A DNA stretch of 23,685 nt from an uncultured virus (IMG/VR IMGVR_UViG_3300007735_000789) (Duplodnaviria; Heunggongvirae; Uroviricota; Caudoviricetes): the IMG/VR virus record IMGVR_UViG_3300007735_000789, one strand, 5' to 3'. A program made the position numbers and the translations under genes. How positions within the stretch are numbered: position 1 is the first letter of the stretch; each line of letters begins with the position of its first letter. Shown here in pieces: positions 15,653 to 23,685 of this stretch. The notes below the pieces were generated by a model, which was given only the letters and a program-made list of their open reading frames with translations, did not search any database and was not told the origin of the DNA.

Positions 15653-15716
15653 GGCAATGCTTGGGGCTCCTAAGCCATTGGCTTTAGGGGTAGGGGTTCG
15701 ATTCCCCTCATTGTCT
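15653..15716 (+). ncRNA. tRNA-like element lacking a D-arm
   Basis: GGCAATG/CATTGTC 7-bp acceptor, AGGGG-TTCGATT-CCCCT T-arm, central hairpin 15667-15690. Confidence 0.6.
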
Positions 15717-15759
15717 TTGCCTCCCGTGGAGGCATCTGTTCCCTTCAACATCAAATCAC

Positions 15760-16185
15760 ATGGCAACAATCAACTTTCAGCGTCTAGTTCAGGAAGGTCG
15801 GGCAGCAGCTACGGCTTGGAATGAGTGCGACAATGCTCTAACAGCCTGTAACGAAGCTTTTGGTGCTCCGTTTGAGATCACCAAAGACAAGCTACAGACT
15901 GACATTACCGTGGCTAGCGCACACAACTTTGATCTGTCTGTGTTCAGCGGCAAGGATTCTGCTTTTAAGTTTCCTGAGGTTGAAACGAACATAATTGTAC
16001 GGGTCACCCGTATCCCCACGGCGCACAACAAGATCGATAAGATTGACGAAAAGATCTTTAAGCTTGAGCAGCAACTTAAAGTTGCTAAGGTCGAGCGCAA
16101 GAAGCTTGTCGAACAACTAGCAATAACCGGTAACGTAGATATGGTTACTGATAAAATTTCCCTTGCTTTCACCCGTTTAAAATGA
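15760..16185 (+). CDS. Hypothetical protein with C-terminal coiled coil
   Basis: 141-aa ORF with an A/C-rich start context. Confidence 0.8.
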   Translation: MATINFQRLVQEGRAAATAWNECDNALTACNEAFGAPFEITKDKLQTDITVASAHNFDLSVFSGKDSAFKFPEVETNIIVRVTRIPTAHNKIDKIDEKIFKLEQQLKVAKVERKKLVEQLAITGNVDMVTDKISLAFTRLK

Positions 16186-16322
16186 CAAGCCCGTATCCTT
16201 TTTTCTTGATCTTGACTGGACTTCTCCTTATAGCAACATCTGCGGGTTTGAAGCACAAGCCCCAGATGCATCAAGAAGCCCAAATCTGTAGAAACCCGGT
16301 GATGTATGGTCCAGGGTGCTGA
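16182..16322 (+). CDS. Small signal/TM peptide (46 aa, MTSPYPFFLILTGLLLIA...)
   Basis: Read manually; ATGA overlap with the upstream gene. Confidence 0.55.
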   Translation: MTSPYPFFLILTGLLLIATSAGLKHKPQMHQEAQICRNPVMYGPGC

Positions 16323-16348
16323 CTGTGATACACTTCCGTGGGATCCAG

Positions 16349-16381
16349 TGGTCGTCTTACGTAGGGCGACCATTTCTCTTT
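16349..16381 (+). terminator. Hairpin plus T-rich tail (possible intrinsic terminator or 5' stabilising hairpin)
   Basis: TGGTCGTCTT/AGGGCGACCA stem followed by TTTCTCTTT. Confidence 0.45.
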
Positions 16382-16410
16382 GTTAACTAGTTCAATTCAT
16401 TTAACTAACC

Positions 16411-17595
16411 ATGAATTCTTATTTGCTTTCTTGTTCTATCTCTGCCAACGTTAGGCAATCAATCCAGGTCAAATTTAACGATCTTAAATTGCCTGCATCA
16501 GTTGTAGACACTTTGGAGAAGAACAACACTGTTTCTTTGCGTCCAAACCTGTCTAATGCTCTTAAGGCTGAACTTGATGCGTTGCGTGTCATGCAACGGG
16601 AACTATACGACAGTTATTGTTTGCACTTTGGCGACAATCATTTTGTAACTTCAAATTATTTTGAGGAAGCCAACAACCTCATTAAGTTTATTCGTGCCCA
16701 GGCTACAGTTTCTAACGCAAAACTATTTGAACTCTGGGAGGAAGAGCACAGCAAATGGTGTGAAACAGTCGAAGGTTTCTTGCACCCATTGTTTTCTGAT
16801 GAGACAGAATATTCTCTGGCCCGCGAAGCTTATTTAAAGGTGTTTCCCACGCGGCAAGAATATCGAAACCCCATCAGGGTTCACGTTGTTGGTCCATTAC
16901 CTGTTTCACTTGAAACTGTTACAGAACCGATTGAAGGGGACATTGAATCTTTAATTGCTCACGAAAATCTTATTAACACTAAGGAAGTTATCGAGGCAGC
17001 GCACGCTAACGCAGCAGATAAAGCACTGTTTATGAGTGCTGAATTATTAGATGATTTGGATGTGCGGACTGCGACAAAGATCGGTCGTCAACAAACTGGT
17101 GGAGACAAGAAACGTGGTTCGTGGCAGATTACCGCTCAAAGATTAAAGTTGATTAGCGATTCTGTGCCAGGTTTTGATAATTTGGCAACATTGGCTGAAA
17201 AATTACTTAAAGCTGGTGAGTCTATTCAGGCAATAAACAGAACAGTGCGCGAAGAGGGTTGTCAGATGTTTCAGCAAGTGCAGAGTGATATTCGTTTAGA
17301 GCTTGAGTCAATTGTATCTATGCGGGATTCTTCTAAAGGACTTGAAACTTTGCAAAAGTCTTTAGCTTTGTCAAATAACTATAAGACTTTGTGCGAACAG
17401 TTAAAAACTGCGGAGACAGTTAGTGTATTAGAGAAAGTAATAGCCGATGCTAACATAGAACTTGATATTTACACTCAACGTTCTAAACATATTAACAAGA
17501 TAATTGCTCAGCGACGTGAGTTGTTTGACGCTCTTAATGGTGATAGTACCTTTACACATGTTGAAGAAGAACAACTAAAGGAGGTTGACTTTTAA
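16411..17595 (+). CDS. DUF3150-like helical protein associated with AAA+/VWA modules
   Basis: Size, helical character, the YLKVFPT-x-x-E motif and its position upstream of AAA and VWA genes. The family call rests partly on context. Confidence 0.55.
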   Translation: MNSYLLSCSISANVRQSIQVKFNDLKLPASVVDTLEKNNTVSLRPNLSNALKAELDALRVMQRELYDSYCLHFGDNHFVTSNYFEEANNLIKFIRAQATVSNAKLFELWEEEHSKWCETVEGFLHPLFSDETEYSLAREAYLKVFPTRQEYRNPIRVHVVGPLPVSLETVTEPIEGDIESLIAHENLINTKEVIEAAHANAADKALFMSAELLDDLDVRTATKIGRQQTGGDKKRGSWQITAQRLKLISDSVPGFDNLATLAEKLLKAGESIQAINRTVREEGCQMFQQVQSDIRLELESIVSMRDSSKGLETLQKSLALSNNYKTLCEQLKTAETVSVLEKVIADANIELDIYTQRSKHINKIIAQRRELFDALNGDSTFTHVEEEQLKEVDF

Positions 17596-17816
17596 TGACC
17601 ATAACTTTATATGCAATACAGTCTGATGCAGGTTATCTTAAAGACATTGAGGAGTACACAACCGATATTGAACAAGCAGTAACTTTTGTTTGTTTTGATA
17701 CTGCGATTCATCGGTTATTTTTATGTTTAAATCAATTAACACATGAATGTAAAGTAGTTCCCGTCAAAACTTTATTCCCACGCAAAACTGCAAAACAATT
17801 TTATGGCTCGCACTAA
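17595..17816 (+). CDS. Small hypothetical protein
   Basis: TAATG coupling with the upstream gene. Confidence 0.7.
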   Translation: MTITLYAIQSDAGYLKDIEEYTTDIEQAVTFVCFDTAIHRLFLCLNQLTHECKVVPVKTLFPRKTAKQFYGSH

Positions 17817-18459
17817 AATCAATCGAATTTTTCAAACAATTCCGCTTAACATACCAAATTTAGTAACACCTAAAACAATAGAAATACGTTATTTATGTGG
17901 CTCTAATAGTAGCGTTGGGGTATTTCGTGTGGAAAGTTTTTTGGCTCAATTTAAGAGTGACATAGTGCATGAAGTATCTAGAACGGAAGATTCAGATATA
18001 GCTGTTGTAGTTAACAAAATAATTAAAGAATTAGAAGAACCAGCAAAGGATAAGTCTATAATATGGACTACATATTATAAAAAATTTCCTTTGGAGTTTA
18101 ACATAACAAAAATTAATTCATACTGTTGGACACAAAGTTTAGAAGAGTTAACAATAGATATAGGACACGACGAGGACGGTATTCAGTATTCAAAACATAT
18201 AAACCGTTCTACAGAGTGGAAAGCCAAAAGTGAAGGTTGCATTGACAACTTTAAAAAGTTCAATGAAGATCTTCATGATAAATATGTGTCTGCTATTGAA
18301 AAAATAAGACAAGACTATTGCGAAGAACGTGAACAACTGACAAATAAATACAAACAGTTATACGACAAAGAACATAATAAAATATTTAACAATTCTGTCC
18401 CTGAGAATCAAATTAATTTAACCCCATTGGACAAAGTATTAAAGACTTACATTTTGTAA
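17803..18459 (+). CDS. Hypothetical protein (AT-rich gene)
   Basis: 218-aa ORF. Confidence 0.75.
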   Translation: MARTKINRIFQTIPLNIPNLVTPKTIEIRYLCGSNSSVGVFRVESFLAQFKSDIVHEVSRTEDSDIAVVVNKIIKELEEPAKDKSIIWTTYYKKFPLEFNITKINSYCWTQSLEELTIDIGHDEDGIQYSKHINRSTEWKAKSEGCIDNFKKFNEDLHDKYVSAIEKIRQDYCEEREQLTNKYKQLYDKEHNKIFNNSVPENQINLTPLDKVLKTYIL

Positions 18460-18527
18460 GTTTTTGCTTTTCGGACTGCGAACCTCCGCACCATTTACTA
18501 TAGTACTCAAACAATTACATCAACATC

Positions 18528-19715
18528 ATGGACAACAAACTTGTTACTGCACTTCAATCTTTTCGAGCATCTCTTAACGAAGCTACGCTGGAAAGAACAT
18601 CTATTATCGATGGGCTGCTAGCTACGCTGATCAGCAAACAGAATGCTTTTCTCCTCGGAGAGCCAGGCACAGGTAAATCCGACCTGGTGCGCAACATATG
18701 CAGTGGTATTTCCGACGCTAACTACTTTGGTTACCTTTTAACTCCTACGACAGATCCTTCCGAGATTTTCGGTCCGGTTGCTGTATCTAAGCTGCTTAAC
18801 GATGAGTACACACGGGATGTTGTAGGGTATCTTCCTAATGCACACATTGCATTTACAGACGAGTTGTTCCGTGGGTCTTCTGCAATCCTCAACTCGCTTC
18901 TTACTCTGTTAAACGAACGCACATTTAACAATGGCAAAGAGGTCATCAACACTCCGATTCAATCTATTGTCGCTGCTACAAACTCCTGGCCTGACGAAGA
19001 ATCTTTACAAGCATTCGCTGATCGATTTTTGTTCAGACCCACGGTGGAGTTTCTTAAAAAACCAGTATCGAAACGGATCCTTGATTCGTGGGCTCTTGGG
19101 ATTACACAGCGACCAACAGTAGGTAAGCACATAACCCTTAAACAACTAGAACAACTACAACAGGAAGCAGCCACACTGCCTGTGTCTGAGGAGTTCTTAG
19201 GTAAATACGGTGAGCTGTGGGATTTGTTGGCTGCCCGAGGGATCACAATCAGTGATCGCCGTCGTGTTCAGATACTTAAGTTTCTTCGTGCTTGGGCTTT
19301 AGTTCAAGGAAGCGAAGAGCTGTACCCCGAACACATGCACGATTCTTTAATTCATATTGTGTACAGAACACAAGAGGATCAAGATGTGATTAAAGAAGTC
19401 CTAGAGCAAGCTGTGCCCACGGCGGAAAAGATGTTTAGTGATGTAAAACGAGCTGCATCAGGTGTTATGACTCAGTATCAAGCGTACGCACATAAAGCTC
19501 AGTCACGCGCCCTTTCCGAACTGAATGAACTGGTTGTTCAGTATCGTGCATTCCACAGGGATATTCAAGTTCTGCGAGACAAAACCAGCGAGATGCTAGA
19601 CAGTGGTAACTACCGTATGACACTACCCGTCCGCCAAGTTGGCATGAAGCTGCACCAACAGCTACAGAGTTACACGGACACACTTGCAGTCGCCATAAGC
19701 GACTTCTCCAAGTAA
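18528..19715 (+). CDS. MoxR/RavA-like AAA+ ATPase
   Basis: Walker A GEPGTGKS, Walker B AFTDELFR, LNSLLTLLNER, AATN, DRFLFR and ISDRR. Confidence 0.92.
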   Translation: MDNKLVTALQSFRASLNEATLERTSIIDGLLATLISKQNAFLLGEPGTGKSDLVRNICSGISDANYFGYLLTPTTDPSEIFGPVAVSKLLNDEYTRDVVGYLPNAHIAFTDELFRGSSAILNSLLTLLNERTFNNGKEVINTPIQSIVAATNSWPDEESLQAFADRFLFRPTVEFLKKPVSKRILDSWALGITQRPTVGKHITLKQLEQLQQEAATLPVSEEFLGKYGELWDLLAARGITISDRRRVQILKFLRAWALVQGSEELYPEHMHDSLIHIVYRTQEDQDVIKEVLEQAVPTAEKMFSDVKRAASGVMTQYQAYAHKAQSRALSELNELVVQYRAFHRDIQVLRDKTSEMLDSGNYRMTLPVRQVGMKLHQQLQSYTDTLAVAISDFSK

Positions 19716-19721
19716 GCTGGG

Positions 19722-19898
19722 ATGTCTCTTCAAGATCACATGTCAGTCAAACCCGAAGACCTCGCTTTAATCCGAAAGCGACTCTCAGACTTTATAGATG
19801 CTGCGGAGGAGATTCAACCGCCAAGTGCTTATGACCAGCTGGTTAATTTGCTAATTGACTTAGATAAAGTAATCACTCGTTCTAAAAAACAAACATGA
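19722..19898 (+). CDS. Small helical protein between the AAA and VWA genes (58 aa, MSLQDHMSVKP...)
   Basis: Read manually; ATGA overlap with the VWA start. Confidence 0.6.
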   Translation: MSLQDHMSVKPEDLALIRKRLSDFIDAAEEIQPPSAYDQLVNLLIDLDKVITRSKKQT

Positions 19899-21445
19899 AC
19901 TTAAACAAACACACAGAATTCATTCGGTTATCCAAGAACGAACCACTAACTCTTGCTTGTTCTGCTTTAACAGATTTCTTGTGGGAAGATTTCATCAGAG
20001 ACGCAAGACCTAGCGTTACGTATTTGATGGATCATTACAACGTGGTTCAGCTAAGTCGCTTTGGCAAGGAAGTTTTTGAGCGTCTTTACCAAGGCGACAT
20101 GGTGACATGGTTGATATCTCCAGATGATTACGAAGATTACTTTCGGGCAAAACAGAACGGGGAACAAGTTAGTTTTCCACGCGGATATAAACCAGAACAT
20201 GCGTTGTGGTGGGCCATAATGAATGACCTCAGTGCGGCAGCAGCGTGGCCCCAGCTCCTGGGAAGGAGTGTAGGTAATCAATTTAACGCAGGTAACAATG
20301 CTGTAAATATTCTCAATCAACTGTCTGAGGTTATAGAGAAGCTTATCGAACAACAACAGTTTGATGTAGAACTGCTTATACAAGCAGGGGAACAACTAGA
20401 AGAGTTTCGCAAACAGTATCAAGAAGCTACCGCTAAAGGTGACAAAGCTGCGGCAGAGGAAGCTCGTACGAAGGGAAAGCAACTAGGCCAAGCGATAGAA
20501 GATGCTGTGGCTGAGGTTAAGGATAAGATTGGAGCACAAGCCAGCAATATCGTAGACAAAACAAATAAAGATTCTGACAGCAACGAAAATGCTCTGTCAG
20601 ACCTGTGGGGCATATCTGCAGGCGAAGGATCCCACGGTATTGATTTGCAGGAAAAAAAAGATTTAGCCAAGAAGCTTGCAACTAACGCTAAATTAAAAGC
20701 TATAGCTAAACAGCTAGGAGCACTTAGGAGAGTATGGCGTGAACGCAAGCGAGCAAAGAAAGTAAAAGCAAGCTACGAATCTATTAACGGTGCAGTATTT
20801 TCTGATGATATAACCCGTGCTTATCCGGTCGAGTTGGCACTAGCTAGCTCACCTAACGGACGTGCTTTATTTGCACTTAAGTATTCCCAAAAGACTCTTT
20901 TGACTAAAGATTACACAGCACATCAAAAGAACTTAGGCAAAGGTCCCATTGTTATGTACGTTGATGTATCCGGTTCAATGAGCGGAGCGTACGAAATCTG
21001 GAGCAAAGCAATCAGCTTTGTTATTGCAGAGGATGCTCTAAAAGAGAATAGAGAAGTTCAGATACATTTATTTGACACCAGGGTTTTGGATTCCGTAACA
21101 TTATCTTCCGGCAGAAAGAACAACAAGGAGTTACTTGACTTTGTAGGGACTTGGCACCTTGGCGGAGGTACTAGCTTCAACTCAGTTATACAGCATGCTG
21201 TATCCACAACAGATGTTGGCGATCGTGCTGACATCCTAATGATCACCGATGGGCATTCCTCTGTCTGTGATTCATTCATTTGTACCCTGAACAGGTTTAA
21301 AACCCAAACAGGTACTCAATGGAATACTATTTGTTTGGGGATTGATGTACCCGACATTGTGCATTCATTCTCAGACGATGCCTACTCTGTTAACTTATAT
21401 GACGAAGAAGGCACTACAGACATTATTCAAAAATGCATTAGGTGA
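19895..21445 (+). CDS. VWA-domain protein (ViaA/CoxE-like AAA partner)
   Basis: MIDAS DVSGSMSG, GGGTSF and ITDG in the C-terminal domain. Confidence 0.9.
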   Translation: MNLNKHTEFIRLSKNEPLTLACSALTDFLWEDFIRDARPSVTYLMDHYNVVQLSRFGKEVFERLYQGDMVTWLISPDDYEDYFRAKQNGEQVSFPRGYKPEHALWWAIMNDLSAAAAWPQLLGRSVGNQFNAGNNAVNILNQLSEVIEKLIEQQQFDVELLIQAGEQLEEFRKQYQEATAKGDKAAAEEARTKGKQLGQAIEDAVAEVKDKIGAQASNIVDKTNKDSDSNENALSDLWGISAGEGSHGIDLQEKKDLAKKLATNAKLKAIAKQLGALRRVWRERKRAKKVKASYESINGAVFSDDITRAYPVELALASSPNGRALFALKYSQKTLLTKDYTAHQKNLGKGPIVMYVDVSGSMSGAYEIWSKAISFVIAEDALKENREVQIHLFDTRVLDSVTLSSGRKNNKELLDFVGTWHLGGGTSFNSVIQHAVSTTDVGDRADILMITDGHSSVCDSFICTLNRFKTQTGTQWNTICLGIDVPDIVHSFSDDAYSVNLYDEEGTTDIIQKCIR

Positions 21446-21708
21446 CTACCATGCCGCGCCCCTCGATGGAACAAGTATTGGAACTGTGGCACTCGCTACA
21501 AGACCCCTCGTGCCCTAAGCACGTTGATCCCCTCATGGATGAAATGATAGGGCAGTTTGCTGATGCCCTACTGGACAAGTGGCAGTACGCAGACGATGGA
21601 TGCGAAGAAGAGTGGGATAGTGAAGAGTTTGACTGGAAAGCTTGGGAGAATGTCACTCATGGTAGACTAGGCATGCCGCCAGACAACGGCGAGCTTCTTT
21701 ACACCTAA
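21442..21708 (+). CDS. Small acidic hypothetical protein
   Basis: GTGA overlap with the VWA stop; D/E/W-rich. Confidence 0.65.
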   Translation: MTTMPRPSMEQVLELWHSLQDPSCPKHVDPLMDEMIGQFADALLDKWQYADDGCEEEWDSEEFDWKAWENVTHGRLGMPPDNGELLYT

Positions 21709-21786
21709 AGTTAAGTTTAGTTAAAAATAAACATACACATTAATTCAGCCTTCACTAATTTAAAAAATCACAACTAGGACAAGTAA

Positions 21787-22284
21787 ATGATTCTTTCTGA
21801 TCAAAACATACGCGAACTGTGTTTACAAGGTTTAGTCGATCCTTTTGATGAAGAACTAATAAACCCAGCCAGTTTAGACGTGAGGTTGGGTACAAGATTG
21901 CTTATCGAAGCTGCACAGTCACCCGAACTTGTGCCTTACACGATGGAAGAACCTTACTTACTTGTTCCAGGTCAATTTGTTTTAGCTGAAACATTAGAGA
22001 TCTTTAACTTACCTGATTCAATCTGTGCAAATTTTGCACTCAAATCAAGTCGAGCTAGAGAAGGTCTAAGCCACGCTTTGGCCGGATTTGCGGACCCAGG
22101 CTGGCACGGGAGCAGGCTTACACTGGAGCTACATAACATACGACAGTTACACTCAGTATCTATTTGGCCTGGAATGAAAATTGGTCAAGCAATATTCCAT
22201 AAGTTAACTCAACCGCCTTTAAAGAGTTACGCTGTTACAGGTCGATACAATAACGACTTAAAAGTAATGGGAAGTAAAGGATGA
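21787..22284 (+). CDS. dcd: dCTP deaminase
   Basis: MILSD, INPASLDVRLG, KSSRAREG, DPGWHG..LTLEL and PGMKIGQ. Confidence 0.92.
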   Translation: MILSDQNIRELCLQGLVDPFDEELINPASLDVRLGTRLLIEAAQSPELVPYTMEEPYLLVPGQFVLAETLEIFNLPDSICANFALKSSRAREGLSHALAGFADPGWHGSRLTLELHNIRQLHSVSIWPGMKIGQAIFHKLTQPPLKSYAVTGRYNNDLKVMGSKG

Positions 22285-22739
22285 CTAATCTTTTAGACAC
22301 ATCTTCATCCTCTAACGAAAACTTGCGCCCCTTACGACATAAAGTTCGTTTTCAAGCAGGTTATAAATCCCCGTTAAAAACTTGTACCGAATGTGGTTGC
22401 ACTACGCTAAGAGTTTTAGAATCACTACCTTACGCCACTTTTATTAAGCGACGTAAGCAGTGCGTATCGTGCGGGCATCGCATCTCCACGCATGAAATAC
22501 TAGTTAGTGAAGGTGGCGAAGCTCTGAACTATGTTCCTAAACATTTTAAAAATAAAGAAAAACCTATTACTGCACCGAAAGAACTTAAAAAACCAATAAA
22601 ATCCAAAGTACCTTTATGTGTCAGAGATGGTTGTGTCCACTGGGACGGTTCATGCACAATGGGGTTCAGTACAGACGAGCTAGACGGTAAGAACTGTGCT
22701 TGCTTTGTCGCCGAAAATGCTCCTGACTTTATTCTGTAA
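22281..22739 (+). CDS. NrdR-like Zn-ribbon protein without an ATP-cone
   Basis: CTECG...RVLES...IKRRKQCVSCGHRISTHE plus a second C-terminal Cys cluster. Confidence 0.7.
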   Translation: MTNLLDTSSSSNENLRPLRHKVRFQAGYKSPLKTCTECGCTTLRVLESLPYATFIKRRKQCVSCGHRISTHEILVSEGGEALNYVPKHFKNKEKPITAPKELKKPIKSKVPLCVRDGCVHWDGSCTMGFSTDELDGKNCACFVAENAPDFIL

Positions 22740-22761
22740 AACTTTTATTCGGAAAATTTAA

Positions 22762-22962
22762 ATGACTGAGACTAACTGCTCAAACAACTGCATCAAGACC
22801 CAGCTGAAGCAAATGCGTCTTCTCATTCAAGAAGAGATCGAGTATGCTTTTGCAGAGCGCGAAGGGAGACCATTCGCATTTGAAACCAGAGAAGCAAACG
22901 ATAAGCTTTGGGAGTTGTTTGCAGAATCTTGGATAGCCAAGAAAGAACATAATCATATTTAA
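22762..22962 (+). CDS. Small hypothetical protein
   Basis: 66-aa ORF in operon orientation. Confidence 0.65.
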   Translation: MTETNCSNNCIKTQLKQMRLLIQEEIEYAFAEREGRPFAFETREANDKLWELFAESWIAKKEHNHI

Positions 22963-23039
22963 AAATTACAAGAATATAACCACGACGATAAGGCTGAGTC
23001 GTTAACCCTGCCTGTTCTTTATCCTTTTTCTTTACAACA

Positions 23040-23354
23040 ATGGAAACTTCTGTGTCTAACATTCAAATCAACGGCGTTGACTATGTTCGCGCTGATTCTG
23101 TTCCTGCTACCCAGCCCAACGGCACCCGCGCAGTGATAGTCGTGGATCGCGGCTGGATCTTTGCTGGTGATGTCACCAGGGAGAATGGCCGCATCCGCCT
23201 GAGCCGTGCGTTGCATGTATTCAAATGGGAAAGCATTGGTTTCGCCAAAATGGTTGAAACAGCAAATGCTGATCTGCGCCCTATTGCTGATGTAGACATT
23301 CCTGCTGGCGCAGAGATTTTCTGTGTACCAGTTTCCGAAAACTGGGGTTTGTGA
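23040..23354 (+). CDS. DUF6948-like beta-rich phage protein
   Basis: INGVDYVR, VIVVDRGWIFAG and L..A..V.KW pattern, adjacent to Gly-rich genes. Recalled family, not searched. Confidence 0.6.
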   Translation: METSVSNIQINGVDYVRADSVPATQPNGTRAVIVVDRGWIFAGDVTRENGRIRLSRALHVFKWESIGFAKMVETANADLRPIADVDIPAGAEIFCVPVSENWGL

Positions 23355-23629
23355 TGTTTAGACCAGTTGGCGACGGCTACGGCTACGGTTCTGGCTACGG
23401 CACCGGCAACGGCGACGGCAACGGCACCGGCTACGGCAGCGGCTATGGCAACGGCTACGGCTACGGCTATGGCAACGGCGACGGCGGCGGCTACGGCGGT
23501 GGCGGCGGCTACGGCTGGGGCTACGGCTCCAGCTACGGCAACGGCGGCGGCTACGGCTACGGCAACGGCTACGGCTATGGCTATGGCTGGGGCACTTGTT
23601 CACCTCACCGCAACAGGAGGGTTGAATGA
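23351..23629 (+). CDS. Gly-Tyr/Asn (GX)n repeat protein 1
   Basis: Start overlaps the upstream stop (GTGATG); FRPVG followed by (GY/GN/GD/GT)n. Confidence 0.75.
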   Translation: MMFRPVGDGYGYGSGYGTGNGDGNGTGYGSGYGNGYGYGYGNGDGGGYGGGGGYGWGYGSSYGNGGGYGYGNGYGYGYGWGTCSPHRNRRVE

Positions 23630-23685
23630 CTAAACTGTTCAGACCAGTTGGCTACGGCAACGGCTACGGCACCGGATACGGCACC
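23626..23685 (+). CDS. Gly-Tyr repeat protein 2 (3'-truncated; MTKLFRPVGYGNGYGTGYGT...)
   Basis: ATGA overlap with the previous gene and the same FRPVG leader. Confidence 0.7.
   Translation, partial: MTKLFRPVGYGNGYGTGYGT

Noticed and set aside
15624..15824. 66-aa ORF across the tRNA-like element
   Set aside because: It overlaps the 15760 gene and a structured element, and has no protein-like features.
15789..16373. 194-aa minus-strand ORF and other antisense ORFs (e.g. 2752-3171, 3442-3693, 18959-19246, 20051-20395, 20419-20748)
   Set aside because: Shadows of better-supported genes on the opposite strand.
21708..21726. Second Pho-box-like pair (GTTAAG...GTTAAA) upstream of dcd
   Set aside because: Only two half-sites, 10-bp spacing, reverse orientation, in AT-rich sequence.
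23358..23633. Ala-Thr (23367-23633 +) and Arg-Ser/Cys (23358-23603 -) repeat ORFs
   Set aside because: Alternative frames of the GGC-TAC repeat. Only the Gly frame is coupled to both neighbours and shares FRPVG with the next gene.

Overview
This 23.7 kb window looks like part of a dsDNA bacteriophage genome, most plausibly a cyanophage. The host call is inference from a cyanobacterial-type Pho box, cyanobacterial rrn-like boxA motifs and SD-less A/C-rich start contexts. Left part (1-8311): the end of an EKNW beta-propeller glycosidase-like gene, a minus-strand block of Ala/Gly/Gln-rich putative internal virion proteins, an HTH regulator, and a glycan-modification cluster (GT2-like, FkbM methyltransferase, Methyltransf_24, GT47/exostosin-like) around an atypical tRNA-Leu(UAA). 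Centre (8460-9630): a ~118 bp alternating purine-pyrimidine tract, then a promoter overlapped by a Pho box, a boxB-like hairpin, two boxA-like motifs and about 0.9 kb of ORF-free sequence dense in long stems. This is the best candidate for an undescribed system: a phosphate-responsive, rRNA-operon-mimicking large structured RNA leading the putative early operon. Right part (9631-end): a plus-strand run of small early-type genes with duplications, gp88-like and YkgJ-like proteins, a D-armless tRNA-like element, a DUF3150-like/MoxR AAA+/VWA module, dCTP deaminase, an NrdR-like Zn ribbon, and a DUF6948-like gene followed by tandem Gly-Tyr repeat genes. All family assignments come from motif recognition by eye; no searches were run.
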